A stretch of 64,000 bases of DNA from Takakia lepidozioides. Its lineage: Eukaryota; Plantae; Bryophyta. Location of the stretch: positions 10,354,001 through 10,418,000 of the forward strand of contig CM060732.1 of the NCBI GenBank assembly GCA_030704615.1, written 5' to 3'. Under the pieces are notes generated by a model. That model did no database searches. It was not told the DNA's origin and saw only the letters and a list, made by a program, of their open reading frames with translations. Position numbers and translations under genes: made by a program. This document shows positions 25,401-40,400 of the stretch, in pieces. How positions within the stretch are numbered: position 1 is the stretch's first letter; each line of letters starts with the position of its first letter.

Positions 25401-28400
25401 GAGGAGTCAGAGAGTATGACTGGAGAGGGAGGACTGGATGAGGAGCAGGAAGCTACCCTATTTGCTGCACACCCAGAATGGGAGCAGGTTGCGGAGATGC
25501 GGCTGGAAAGCCTAAGTTGTTTAAGAGGTATCTGCTGTGGTGTAGTGTGCAACACCAATTGAAGAGGAAACCAGCAGTTACCCACCACATTTCTATGAAG
25601 AAAAGGAGGGAGAGATAGAAATCCTAGAAGAACCAGCCACTGTGAGCTTAAAGGATGAAGTGGTGACTGGTTGGACAATCACAGCTGATGAGCAGGTGAG
25701 AGAAGTAAATGTGGGAACTCAGGAGGAACCGAGAATGGTGAAAGTAGGAGCTGATTTGGAGCCGGAATTCTTCGAAGAAGCTAAAAGCTTGTTCATCAAA
25801 TACAGAGATGTATTTGCTTGGAGCTATGAGGATCTAAAAGGGATACCACCTGAAGTCTGTCAGCATAAGATTGAACTGGAACCAGGGTCAGTAATCAAGC
25901 AGGCGAGGTAGAATGAATCCCAACTACGCACAGAAGGTTGGAGAAGAGATAAAGAAGTTGGCTGAGGCTAAGTTTATATACCCAATAGAGTATACAACTT
26001 GGTTGTCACCCATTGTTATAGTTCCAAAGAAGAATGGCAAACTAAGAGTATGTGTGAACTATAAGAAGCTGAATGCTTGTACGAAGAAAGATCCTTTCCC
26101 TTTGCCATTCACAGAAGCAGTATTAGACACTGTGGCAGGCCATGAGATGTACTCATTCATGGATGGCTTCAGTGGTTATAATCAAGTGCAAGTGGCAGAA
26201 GAAGACCAAGGGAAAACAGCTTTCATCACAGACTGGGGGCTTATGCATACAAAGTCATGCCCTTTGGACTTTGTAATGCACCAGCGACCTTTCAGAGAGT
26301 GATAAGTGAATCTTTTCATGAGTATCTGGATGATTTCATGCAGGTGTTTTTGGATGATTTCAGTGTGTACAGCTCTAAGAATGAGCACTTGCATAAATTG
26401 GAGTTATGCCTGGCCAGATGCAGGATGAGAGGTCTGGGCTTGAATCCAGAGAAGTGTACTTTCTGTGTGAACTCAGGGGTGCTTCTGGGACACATTGTGT
26501 GTAAGAAGGGACTTCTTGTGGATCCCAGGAAGACAGAGTCCATTAAAGTCTCTCCACCACCAGTGAATGTTAAGAGTTTAAGGAGATTCCTTGGGCAAAC
26601 CAGTTATTACAGAAGATTTGTCAAAAGGTATGCACAAATAGCAGCACCATTGAGCAAGCTTCTGAAGAAAGATGCAGTGTTTGCCTGGACAGCTGAATGT
26701 CAACAGGCGTTTGAGGAACTTACACTGTCAGTAACAACTACACCTGTGCTGATTAACCCTCACTGGCATGTAGTATTTCATGTTCACTGCGATGCATCAG
26801 GAGAAGCGTTGGGTGCGGTGTTAGCCCAGAATGTTACAGGGAATATAGATTCACCTGTGTACTATGCTAGCCGGTTGATGAACAGTGCTGAGAGGAACTA
26901 TAGTACAACGGAAAGAGAAGCATTGGCAATGATTTATGCAGTCAAGAAATTCAGGCATTACCTATTGGAAGAAAGTTTATGTTTTATGTGGATCACCAGG
27001 CTCTGATATATCTGGTGAACAAACCTTTGATAAGTGGAAGGATAGCGAGGTGGTTAATAATCTTGCATGAGTTTGAGTTCGAGGTTATTTACAAGCCTGG
27101 CCGTTTGCATCTTGTGGCAGATCATTTGTCACGACTAACAACAGGAGAGGCCGCCACAGGAGTGGACGATCAGTTACCTGATGCGAGTTTATTTGTAATG
27201 GAGGTGCAAGGAAGTGCAGATGAATGGTTAGATTGGCAGTGGCCAATCAGATACTACCTTGCTCATGGTCAGTGCCCACCTAGTTATGGTAAGGAGCAGA
27301 GGAAGAGAATTGCTATCAAGCTTTACCTTATACTATGGTAGGAAGCAGAATGTATAAGTTAGGACCTGATGGAGTACTAAAACGATGCTTGTACCACCAT
27401 GAAGTAAATAAAGTCTTGGAGGAAGTTCATAAAGGAGTGGCTGGAGGTCATTTTGGAGAAGAGACTACCAGTAGAAAGATACTACTCGCAGGATACTGGT
27501 GGCCTACTTTGTTCAAAGATGTACATGAGTATTGTCAGAAGTGTGATGAATGTCAGAGGCTAGGACCTTTTGCAGAGATCTGGAAGAATGGCCTTGCATC
27601 CTACAATGCCTACGGAACCATTTCAGAAATGGGGACTAGACTTTGTTGGACCAATTAATCCCACCATCCAAGAATACACGAAACAGGTACATAATTACAG
27701 CCACTGATTATACTACAAAGTGGGTGGAAGCTAAAGCTTTGAGGGACAACACAGCCAAGTCCACAGCAAGGTTCCTGTACGAGAACATACTTACACGATT
27801 TGGATGTCCCTTAGAATTTATCAGTGATCAAGGAAGTCACTTCATGAATGAGACCATTGAGTTATTGACTAAAGAGTTTATGATTGTGCATAGAAAGAGT
27901 ACAACATATTACCCACAGGGTAATGGGCAGGCAGAGGCTACCAACAAAATACTATGTACTATCTTGGCTAAGATAGTCAATGCAAACAGAACGGATTGGG
28001 ATACAAAGCTGCTGACAGCTTTGTGGTCATACAGGACTTCATATAAAGTCACCACTAAGTATACACCATTCCAATTAGTTTATGGTATGGAAGCCTTACT
28101 TCCAGTGGAATTCCTGTTACCTACCATGAGAACGGAGTGGGGAAAAAGAATGGAATTGCAAGACTCCATCAAGGTCAGGAAACATGAATTATACCATGTG
28201 GAAGAAGTACGTGCTGATGCAGCTGATAATATGACCAGAATTCAGATGAAGCGAAAGGAACAGTTTGATGAAGGCAAATTAAAGACTTTTAAGACGGGGG
28301 ATTTGGTTCTATGGTTGCAGAAGAAAGGAAAGATTCAAGCTTCTAAGCTTAAATCACCGTGGAAAGGACCTTATGTCATACAAAAGATGTATGATAACAA

Positions 28401-31400
28401 CACCGCCATGTTACAAACCATTAACAAAGAAATGCTGGGAAGAGTCAATGCAAATAAGTTGAAGGGGTACAGTGGTATCCATGACAAACCCCTGCAGCAT
28501 GATTTGCATGTTGAACCGCAAGAGCAGTCACGGGCTGCACCAGTGTTACGAACGGAGTATGGAACACTTGTCGCTAGGCCCAGCATATACGACCAGGGTG
28601 GGCAAAACAAACGTGACACAGCCTATCACAGCCTTATCACAGCCCATCACGACGTGACACAGCCTATCACAGCCCATCACGCAACACAGCCTATAACAAC
28701 ATGTCACAGCCTATCACAGCTTACCACAGTGCATCACAGCCTATCACAGGGTAACACAGTATGACACAGCCTGTCACAGCTCAACACAGCCTACTAAAGT
28801 TACACGATCCATAGAATCAGTGACAAGTGGACACATAAAACTTCAGGAAAATGGATGACGGAAGAGGAAACGGAAATTACTTTAAAAATAGACACGTGGA
28901 GGTCAGGGTGCGACACACAGCAGAGAATGAAGTGCAAGGACAGGTGTCAAAAAAAGAGGAAAAGAACGGCCGTCAAATGGGATGAAAGGCGGGCCCATTA
29001 ATGAATACGGAAAAAGGGAAACGGAACGAACGGCAAGTACAGAAAAGCTGAATTCATGTCGCATGTGTGATCCTAGTGGACTATCCAACAGGGAAAGTCC
29101 ACTAAAGAAGATAAAAGTTAAAATCCAGTCACAGCGATACAGCCAATAGAAAACCAGAGAAATGATCAAGAAAATGGAGGAAAATTGAGCGCAAGAGGCG
29201 GCGTCGTTCTGAGTAACGGGCGTCTCGACAGGACAGGCCATAAATGCTATAACTTGGAAACTATGGAGGAACTAACAGACTATACGCTCGCAATATTACT
29301 TACGCAGTGGCATAGACACGAAACGACAGAGCAGAGCTTTTCTCTTGAACAATGCTTGCAAGCCCCGCAGGCTTACAAGAGATTACCCATAGCTTTCTGC
29401 GGCAACCATACGTTTCTGCTTTGTGCACTACAGGCATTCCTGCAGTTGTTACAGCCAAAGCAGTTCTGTGAGTCTAAGATGAAGAGAGTGAGAGGAATGG
29501 AGGAAATCAGGGTGAAGAGCACCACAATTCTGCAGAAAAAACGATGGCTACCCCACAGGCGATAAAGATACTGGAGGAGCTGAGATTGGAAGGATTGCAA
29601 AGCTAGATTGGACACTACACCATAGACAGTACATGTTACAATTTTTGCAGAACTTTGAGCCAAGGACAGGAACAACAACGGTGAAGGGAGTTGAATTAAT
29701 GATTACTCCCCTATACCTCCAGCAATTGTTTCGATTGCCAGCAGGTCAGGTGCATGTGGGGAACACAGGGCAAGACTGCAAATAGGGGACTTATTCAAGA
29801 AGGGAGTTTCTTTAAAACTCAGGGTTATGCTTGTACCAAAGCTGTGTACCCAGGGTTAAAAGAGATAGGCCAGGTATTGAACGTTCTGATTGCCCTGAAA
29901 CAGAACCAACAATATTTGAGCAGATCCTTCACAGAGGAAATACTCAAAGGCCTGAAGGGACAAGAGGTACAATGGGCGGACATAATGTACAACGCACTGT
30001 AGAGGAGATGAAAAGATTACAAGGTACTACCGCAAAGTCTCCTATCATAGTGTCTGGCCCAATCATTGCTCAAATAATCCTTATTCTGGCATACTTAATG
30101 CACAAGAAAGGAAGGAAATGGGAGTGTTTGAGCCAGAAACAACTGCAATGGAAGAGCAAGGCTCTTCACACAGTGAGGGTGGACTAGCAGCACAACCCGA
30201 GACTAAGAGGCAGAGAAGGGGAAAGACTGTAGTGGCGGATCACTGGCTTCACGGATTCCGCATGATAATGTTTCCCAAGCTCATGACCAGGAAGGGGCAC
30301 AGCAGCACAAAAGAATGTTATTACTGGAAGCAGGACCTTCAGAGAGGGAGGAGGAAGTTACTTCTGCATCACAGCCAACACAGCCACTTGAACGACTTGT
30401 CACAAGGTCACAAGTTATCCATGCAGCTCAACCCGAAATAATTGATTTGGAAAGTGAAGGGATAGATATTCCAACTACAGAACAGATAGTGGCAGAAATA
30501 GAGAAAGGGGACCTTCTCTATGAATATTCTGGTCTGGTCAAGGAGACAGAAATCCCAGAGGTGCAACAGTTGCCCAAGGGAAATCCTGAGGTGCATATAA
30601 TGCACACACCTGTGTTGGAGGTACCACAGGCGGAAGGTCATGACACTGTAACACCGGTCATAGATGAAGTAGTTCAGGAAGAAAATCCGGTGGGACAATG
30701 GCCTGAATGGTTAGTGAGACATCATACTGTTGAAGATCGGGAGGAACAGCAGCAACCTCACCATGATGACCCTCAACAGGCAATGCTGATGAGTTCCATA
30801 GGCAGGACACTTAATTTGTTGGGGACTTATGTCAAATCCCATGTTCCAATTACCCAATTGACAGCCTTGAAAGAGAACTCAGGAAGGAGTTTGAGGCTCG
30901 ACTTGCCACTGAGTGTGCAAACAAGGTCGATGAAGAGGTCACTCTCAAGATGAAGCAGGACTTGGGCAATACAGAAATGGCTTTGCAATTGGCCAAGCAA
31001 CAATTGATTGAGGCAGGCCTCGCGCAAGACCAGTTGCACGAAGCACATAAGCAACAGCTATACCAAATGCAGGTGCAGCATGAAAGCAAGTTGCAAGAAC
31101 TGAATGCACTACATACGGAGTTGCAGACAGTGCATAACAGGATGGCGATACAATGTGCTACATTTACAACTATGCTTGACCAATCAACAAAAGAAATAAA
31201 CAGTCAAGCGGAAAAATGTACGAAGGCAGAAGAAGAGAATGTTGAGCAAATGAAGCTCATTGTCGATATGAAGAATACAATCTGTCGCCATGAAGATACT
31301 TTCAAGCAATACAGGCAGAGGGAAGCTGATCAAGAGAAACACATCGTGGAGTTGCAACAAACCATCGTGGCCAATAGAAATGAAATCGCGGTCAGTAACA

Positions 31401-34400
31401 AGGCTTCGAAGGAAGCCAATAATCTACTTGCTGCCTATGCGCAATTGGTTGAGCCACAGGCGAAGCGCATGGAGGCTTTACAACAGCAGTTGGAATTGTA
31501 CAAGCTAAGAGAGGAGCAAACTCTCAGGGGAACCACAAGCAGCTTGGTGGATAACAGCCTTATGCAGGTCTGGTTAGCACAAGGGCCAGTAGAGGGCAAA
31601 CCCACGGAAGCTCACCCAAAGCGAGATGAATGAGCTCAGACTGCAGGTGCAGAACATTGCCACAACTACTATAGACAATGTCTATAGTAGGATAGCAGAG
31701 TTACAAGAGGATGTAGACGGACTCCAGACTCAAGTGGAAGACCTCACTTCAAACATCGACCAAAGAGTCTATATCCCTCAGGAACAGCTAATGGCTTCTT
31801 ATTTGCAAGCCAGAACTCTGGCTTTTCAGTCTTCACAGGAGGTGCAGGAGATGCCAATGATACAGGAGCCAGTACCACCACCACCACAACAGGTCAGTGT
31901 ACCAGTAGCTGAACCTGTGGTTACTACAACCACACCACAGCCACCACAGCCGGAGGTATGGGGCAATGCCGCTTTTAACCCACCTAAAACTCCAGCTGCA
32001 GGGAGTACAGCAGGGCTATGCTTATGCCCTTCAACCAAATTCCCATCATGTTGGATTTGGCTTGGAAAGAATTTAGTCCTCCGCAGTCATTCGCACATTA
32101 CTACCAAATCATGCGTATTTGGCTGCCAGTGGCAACTAGGACTAAAGTTCTTCCAAACAATCGACATATTGAAGATCATCACTTTGCACAATACTGGCAC
32201 GAGGCAGGTACCATGTTGAGGGAATTGGTTGCTTTCCAGGTTGTACATGGACTCATTTATACCAAGACCAAGGAGATAGCAAGTATTGTCATGGGGTGCG
32301 GGCTATACTACGCTGCTTGTTTTCTGGTACGTTACCACATTGAGCAACAAAAGATGCAAACACGCTTTCAAAGTTACTCCAGTGGAGATCATTGGGTATT
32401 ACCTTCGGTGCCACCTCATATGTACCTATATGACCCAAAAGTTATGATGCAGAAGGATTCTCAAATTCGTTCATGGTTTCAAGCAGCCTGCAACCAATTT
32501 GTCAACACAGAAATTCGGACTTGATGACATTTTCTATAAGGGACATGTGGCATGGAAATACTTGCACGCTGCACCAGTAATTGGTACCCCACTCACTGGA
32601 CAGACAAGGAGCTCAGTGCCTACACCAATTTTGCTGTTCAGCGGTTACACCAAGTTGTAAAATACAAACTTCCAGACATGGTAGGACAGCATTGTATGCC
32701 CCAGATGATTCCACAAAAAGTTCGAAAATTAAAACACCTGAGAGGCGATGAGGATTCTGATACAACTGTTTCTTCACAGAATTCTTTTGACATGGGAGAA
32801 GACTATGCAATTCAGATGGAAGAGAAGAAACAAAGGGGATCCTATGCCGGAAAGATTACTCGATATCAGCCTCCAGAAGGCCTCACTTATCCAGGTAGTG
32901 ATCAACCATCTCCATCAACCAGAGACAGACCTCGGGCTCGTACACACAGCCCACCACGAAACTCTCAACGTCAACAAGGTGCTCACTCACAAAGGTTTGC
33001 TACTCGAAAACAGTAAACCGTGAGGACACGGCTTTTTGAGGGGGGAAGGGGTAATGTTAGAGGACTGTAGGGGACTTAGACACTTATACGGGATCTGTAG
33101 GGTACCCTTAATTTTTGCACAGACTGAGACCAACAGGAGCCTTAGGGGTGACAGCAGCGCACTGTAGAGGGGGGTTACATCAACAGTACAGTCGTCACAG
33201 CCCACACAGCCGCCACAGACAGCTCACAGTCACAGTCACACACAGTCACAGTCGTCACAGCAGACACAGCCCACACAGCCCGTCACAGACAGCACCACAC
33301 AGCCAGTCACAGCCCGCACAGCCACACAGCCAGTCACAGTTCACCGCTTGACACAGCTGTCACGATAATAGGGAACGAAGAGTAGGACAGGGAACGACTG
33401 TGGGGAACAACACCTGTGAAGGGAACATGTTAGTTCACAGACGACGGTTAGAGAGGGAAACGGTTAGAACCGCGGATAGGAGGATAAAGGGAGAAACGGG
33501 GAATGAAGGGTCATTATTCGGAGGAGGACTTCGGAGTCAGGCAGGAGCGGAGATCGGAGGCAAGAGATGGAGAGCACGATGAAGGAGAAAAGAGGATTAG
33601 TAGATGCTTGTTATATGCAAAGCTGTAGTGATATTGTAGAGCAGATTAGAGACATAATGGCTTCGGCCTGATACCTGATAAATCATAATCTGATACTTAT
33701 ACGATACAATCACACTGTGTAGAGAGATCTGAGTGAAGCTGTGGATTGAATGGATGAGTGAAGGAAACCGATAGATTGATGAAGCAAACTGATACTTAAT
33801 TATCAATGGTAAGGTAGCTAAGATGAATGCGGAAAGGGAAACAAATAGGAAACACCCCCATGATACACTAGCTGTAGGTCATGACTGATTGTTCTGCGCG
33901 GGCTGAGTACTTAGAGATTTCCAACTCTTCTATCTTGGAGTTTCCGCCTCGGATAGCGAAGGGATGGGTGAGTAAAAGCAGCGCGACATTATGTTGGAGT
34001 TTTTGTCTGACCGATGTGAGGTGGTTGCAGACGAGGTGGTTGCGAATCTGGAACGGCCATACAAACACGAAGCTGCTGTACACTTTCCCATCGAGCCAAC
34101 AGACGACAAAATGAACGACTGGCTCAATGTGATGAACTTGGTGCATCAGGTATAATTTTCTCCTATTCTTGTTGGACATCGTCGCAATTTCAAAATCATG
34201 AATGTTTTGGAAACCTGCCATGCTGCAGGTACTGACCCACCAGGAGCAATTGGACTGCAACACCACACTTTTCAAGTTACAGATCGACTGGACGAAGCCT
34301 GAGACAATGGAGAACTACGTGCAGTCCTGGGCGAGGGCGCTTCGCAAACCTCTTTTTCAGAGAAAATTGCAAAGGCAAGACGCAGCGTATACATCGAAGA

Positions 34401-37400
34401 GCAGGAGGGTGCCGACAAAGCGGCAATGCGTGTCCTGTTCAGGTAATCTGCTGCCAATGCATCCCCCTATTTGCAGTTTAGATGATTTGGCTAAGCAGCG
34501 ATGGATATTGCGGCGCCGAAATATACCTCTGCAAGATGTGAGTTCTGGGTAATTGGGGCACGGTCCACTACATATTTCGGTGCCGAAATACCTTGTGCAT
34601 TGACAACTTCACTTGCATGATGCATCGGTGAATGATTTTTGTTGAACTGCCTCGTGATTGCAGGGTACATAAACTTTGCACTCATTCCGTCCGGAGCCAT
34701 TCAAAGGGTTCCACCATTCTTCCTGGCGTGGAGGACACCTGGAGTCGTGGAACGATGTACACAGAAGTAATGGCGAAGGAGTGGCATGCCGAGCATTAAT
34801 TGGTAGACTGTCCCTGGTATGTGGATCTCCCAAGTGGGACCGTTGACCTCTCGGAGGTTAACTTGAAGAAGGAAGCGAATGCAAGGGCTATGAAGGCGCA
34901 ATCGGATCCCCAACCAAAGGACGCGGAAAGACTGAAAGCAGAGGAGGCAGCCAAGCAGAAAGCACTGAGAAAGTCAGCCAAGCGGCAACGTTGGCAAAGG
35001 AGCAGATGGAGAAGCAGGCAGCTGAGCAGCCCAAGGACAGGAAGAAAAGAACGCGCAAACAGGGGCAAGAGACGAAGACCCCCACACCCAAGAAGAAGAA
35101 GCAGCAACACAGTCAGCCAGATGAGGAGGATTTCGACGACGATTTCCAGCAGGAAAACACCCAAGGGGCCATACCTCGTTCAAAAATTCACAAGGGCCAG
35201 CGCTCCGGGGGGTCGGCTGCGAAGAGATCACTATACGAGGATGCACCTGGCAGACCCTACCGTGCGGTGTACATTGCGGGCAGGAAGTCCTCAAAACACC
35301 CACAATTGTGGAGTGTGTTAATGAAAATTTCCTAACTGCTCTGACCAGAAGGCTGGAGATAACGAGATTGAGGAAGGCTATCGAGGCCCACCAGGGGAAG
35401 GGGAAGAGGAAGGCCACTGGCAATGATATGGAGGACACTCCTGGCTACACAAAGATGATGGAGTATTTTGTGGCGATGAGCCATGGCAAAAAGAGCACAG
35501 TCGGGGGCAGGGCGGTGAAAGCCTCCATCGACATGATCCTTGTGGATATCCCGGATGGGCAGGAAATACTGGGGCTGGGCTCAGTACCCTGGTGGAACAA
35601 GTACGACGAAAGATACTGGAGCCACACATTCGGGTTTGTAGCCAACATGTTTGACGACGTTGGCTGTGTTGTTGTGCTAGCAGCCGATGGAGAAGTCACT
35701 GAGAATGATATCAAAGTATGGACGGGGAGAAGTGCAGCACCCATCCTGAAAAAGATCTGGTCTTGCATCAACACGCAGGGTCTTCTCAACGATGGCCAGA
35801 AGGTATGCTGTGGTTCTCCTCTGCTATGTCAATTTCTGCGCCGAAATTGCCCCTGTACGTGTAGGCTGTCGCGCACCTCACTTCGATAAGCTCCCCTTCA
35901 AGTCATAGTTACTCGCTTTGATGCGCGCGCCTGACTCCCAACCTGGCCGCCCGGGCCAACTTGGAGCTTTGGCTGCTCACCGGGACATAACGGTCCCCCT
36001 TCGCTTCCCACTAAACCCTCCACCTATTTGGGACTAGGAGAATTCCCTTTGGTAGATGGCAGTCCGGAACAGCTCCCCACTCTTTGGTCGCTTTCCGGCT
36101 CGCTCTCTTACTCACTAGTTTTGGTCACCAACGGCTTGCACCGTTCTCGGGGTCACTACTCCCCTTATATATACTTCTGTAGCTGTCCGCGGGGTTTCAC
36201 AACCAGCCATGCCATTTTATGGCGAACCACCACGAAAACCCTCGACTCCCGGTGATGAGTCGCGGTGAGTCTTGGCCCACTCACTACGGCCCCTATGGAC
36301 CGTGATGAGTCCCAAGACTCCCCACGACTCCCACACGAGGTCTCCGCCCCCATGGTGAGTCCTATGCCACCCCCACTAAGTCCCGCTAAGCTACCACCAC
36401 CCCTTGTGGAGCACCCCCACCGCAACCCGGTGTGCGGGGCTCCACCTATGAGCGCCTCCGCCTCCTGGGTGCCTTGGGCACTCAAGGGTGCTTCAGCCCC
36501 CCATACCTATCGCTGCCGCTGCCCCCACCACAGGGGCAACCCCTCATGTGTCCCGACCCCCTTGCCCTCAAGGCAAAGGCCGCGACACACACCCCTACCA
36601 ACAGGGAGTCGATGTCCTCATCGACTTGTTCATTTTGTAGAAACGAACATCCAAGTTGTGGCGTCCCACATCAAGGAGTTGTTTCCGTACCATGGCTCCC
36701 ATGGCAAAGAACCAAACCCCCACACTTGACTCTACTCTCCACTAGCTAGTTGGCCGACTTCCTCCAAGTCCCGGCCAAGGGTGGAGCCTCTCCAGCTCCT
36801 CCAGTGCACTCTTCTTGGCCTACTTCAAGGCCGGAACGATCCTCCCCGAGGATCGAATCGCCTTACCCAACAACATTGCTTGCGATCGCTCATGATGCCG
36901 CTTTTGCATCACCTTGAGCAAGGGTTCACCTGAACCCTCTTTGACTAGGAAGATAACCTTGAACCAACCGTGCGCCCCAATCACTACAATTGGGTCCGCC
37001 TTGGAATGCTGGCCTGAGGTACGGGAACACGCCGAAGCCGCACTACGACTTCGTCCCGAGGCTACACGATTATAGTACGTGAACGGAAGCACGTAGCTTC
37101 CGCGTTAGCCCGCACTACAAGGCAACCCCCTCGTAGCGCAGTTATAGTACGCGCACGCGCCAGGTGCGCACTAGCACGTGAACTCCAAAGAAGGCGCAAG
37201 TTTCCTTGCCCCTTGGATGGGAGTCACCCGATTCGGCACTGCGCAAACACACGATTAACCCAATTTACCTCTCCCGCTTTTGTAAGCTAGCATGCCTTCT
37301 ACACACTAGCCAACCATACCATGCATCGCCATTCCAAACAAAAATAGGAAGCACAACATTTGAAACATTTCTTTAAAGCAATTTGTACAATACAAGTTTT

Positions 37401-40400
37401 TTGCAATGATTCCTGAGCTAGCTAAGCCGGGCTAAGCATGCATTTCCTCCCCCACGCTCCAAGGTTGATGTCCCTATCAACGCTTCTTCCGCTTTGAGGT
37501 CGCCCTTCGAAAGCTGCAACGCCTCGGATGCGTTTCCCATTTCTGAGGCACGCACCCAAGATGCCTCCACATGATGATAGCCCTTCCATTTGACGAGATA
37601 CTCCGTTTCTTGGTTCTTGAACCCTCGACTTAAGTATTGCCTCCACCTCGTACTCAGGTTCATTTTCATGATCCAACAGCATAGTGGTGGACGCAACACT
37701 TGATGCCGATTCGGACGCGCTTCATCTTTGAAGTAAGGCTTCAAAAGGGATACATGGAATACTGGGTGCACCTTGCTGTTTGCCGGCAGCTCCAATTCAT
37801 ACACATCCTCATTCATAACCTTCGAATGCGAAAGGGTCCCGCATACGGAGGTACGAACTTCGGACTCACTTCCGGAGGTAGTCGGAAATTCTTGATGTTC
37901 AACCAGACCTCTGTGCCTGCCTCAAACTTCACTTCCTCCGCTTCCGATTCACCTGCCTTTCATACCGTTTCCTAGCTTTGGCAATATTGTACTTTGCGAG
38001 CTTCAACAAACGCTCGCGTTCTTCCAGTACCGCCGCTACTGCCGGTTCCTCAACGTCCTGGGCGGCCCAACTTGTCGGCACCAGAGGTGCTTTTCCATAG
38101 ACCAATACGAAAAGGGAAAACTCCCATTGCGGAGTGTTCTGTGTTATTATAACAGAACTCTGCCGCGTCTAAGTGTTCCACCCAGTCTGTTTGGTCTGCC
38201 GACACGTAATTCCGCAAATCTGTTTTACTACGGAATTCACCCTTTCTGTTTGGCCGTCGGTCGTAGGTCGGAAGGCGGTGCTCATCTTCAGCCTCGTCCC
38301 CATCTTCTTCCAAAGTGCCCTCCAAATTTACTCGTAAACTTTGGATCGCGGTCCGAGACAATATCCTTCGGGACTCCATGATGTTTTAAGACGTGGGAAG
38401 TAAAGTCGCCCTGTCTCCTGCGCCGTTGCCGTCTCCTTGGGGGATGAAATGGCCCATTTTACTGAACCTATCCACCACCACCATGATTGCATCGAATCCT
38501 TTTGACAGCGGCATAGCAGTCATGAAATCCATCGAGACGCTTTCCCAAGTCCCCTCTGGAATTGGCAAGGGTTGTAACAGCCCCGCTTGCTTTTTGTACT
38601 CGCTCCGGTTTTGTTGGCATGTGGTGCATGTCTTGACATACTCCTCTGCCTCCTCCCTCAGTTTGGGCCAGAAATACTCTTTCTTCAAGAGTGACGCAGT
38701 GCGCTTGGCTCCACCGTGGCCGCAAGCGGGCTATCATGGCATTCTCTCAAGAGCTATCTCTGATCCCTCCCTTGGCACGTAGAGACGTTTTTGCTTATAC
38801 CGGAGCAGTCCATTTTGCAAGTGGAATTGCGATTTACCCCCCATTCTCAAGTCCTGCATCGCGGACTTTGCCAGCTCATCCTTCCGGCAAGCCTTCCGGA
38901 TCTTCCTTTTGGAGCGCCGTCTCGCCCTTGTACACCAACAAGAGCTGCTGCTTTCTACTTAAAGCACCACGTTGTCTCGTCCCGGTTTGTACTGGATATC
39001 CACGTCGAACACCGCCAAAGTATCTTGCCACCTAAGTTGTTTTGGGGACAACTTGGGCTGCGTGGCAAAATACTTCACCGTGACATTGTCCGTGAACACT
39101 TTACTGGGTTGGAACCAACATAGTGGCGCCAAGCTCGAGGCAATGCACCACCGCCTTCATCTCTTTTTCGTGCGTCGGCCACCGTCGCTCCACTTCATTC
39201 AGTTTCTTACTTTCGTAAGCCACTGGACGTCCATCTTGCATAAGTACACCCCCAATCGCGAAGTCCGACGCATCTGTATGAATCTCAAATGGACGATCGA
39301 ACTCCGAGATTTTCAAGACTGGAGCTTCCGCCATCCGCTGCTTCAATTCAGCAAAAGCTTGGCCACAAAATGTATTCCATCCCAGACTTTGGATTTACAC
39401 AGAAGGTCCGACAACGGCCCCGCGATCTTGGCGAAATTTCTCACATACTTCCGGTAATAGGACGAGTCCTAGGAAGGATCGCACTCCCGGGACCGAAGTC
39501 AGAGGCTCCCAGTCCAAGATCGCCCTCACCTTTCTGTCATCCATTTTGATCCCATCCTGTGTAATCACATGCCCCAGAACTCCACTTTTGTGACCCCGAA
39601 TTCGCACTTTGAAGCTTTGGCATACAGCTTCCCTTCTCGCAATTTTTGGAACACCTTTTTTAGGTGCTCCAGGTGTTCTTTCTTTGTTTTCGAGTACACC
39701 AAGATGTCGTCGATGTACACGATCACAAAGTCATCCAACCACTCCTGGAAAAGGCTGTTCAACAGCGTGCTAAATGTCGCTGGTGCATTGGTGAGCCAAA
39801 AGGCATCACCAAGAACTCATATGAACCATACCTTGTCCTGCACGCGGTCTTCTCCTCATCTCCTTCCGCCTTCCGAATTTGATGATAGCCGGAGCGCAAG
39901 TCGATCCGGCTGAAATACTTTGCTCCTGCCAACCGATCGAAGAGGTCGTCGATCCTTGGCAAAGGTACCGGTTTTTGATAGTCACCTTATTCAGAGCCCT
40001 GTAATCGACACACATCCGCAGCGTCCATCCTTCTTGTCTGCAAATAGCACCGGGGCTCCGTAAGGTGACTTACTCGGCCGGATATACCCCTTTGACATTA
40101 GATCCTTGAGCTGAGTCTTCAGCTCGACCAACTTCTGGCTCAACCGGTAGGGCGCCTTGGCAGGCGGTTCCGATCCCGGTATCACCTCAATCTTGTGGTC
40201 AACTCCTCTTCGCGGTGGCAAGCCGCTTGGTAAATCCTCCGGCATCACATCCTGATATTTCTCCAAAATCCCCTTGATCCAATCTGGGCTCGGCTCCCCA
40301 TCGCCTTCTCCTTTCACTTCTCTAATGTAAAGCAAAAATTGGGCTCGTGTGCCTCCTCCACGGCCCACTCCTTTGCTGCCTGAAGGTTTATTCGCCCTCC

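Larger units (their letters stand above)
20936..33988 (+). mobile_element. Full-length Gypsy non-chromovirus (Athila/Tat-related) family-2 copy B, ~13 kb
   Basis: TSD TTATG (20931-20935 and 33989-33993); near-identical LTRs; PBS; gag-PR-RT-RH-INT; extra ORF; PPT. Confidence 0.96.

Noticed and set aside
29185-33016. Retroviral-type env
   Set aside because: No evident signal peptide, cleavage site or transmembrane anchor; kept as an unknown extra ORF
36028-36749. Pro-rich ORFs (also 42108-42795)
   Set aside because: Chance frames in GC-rich LTRs, not conserved in frame between the two LTRs
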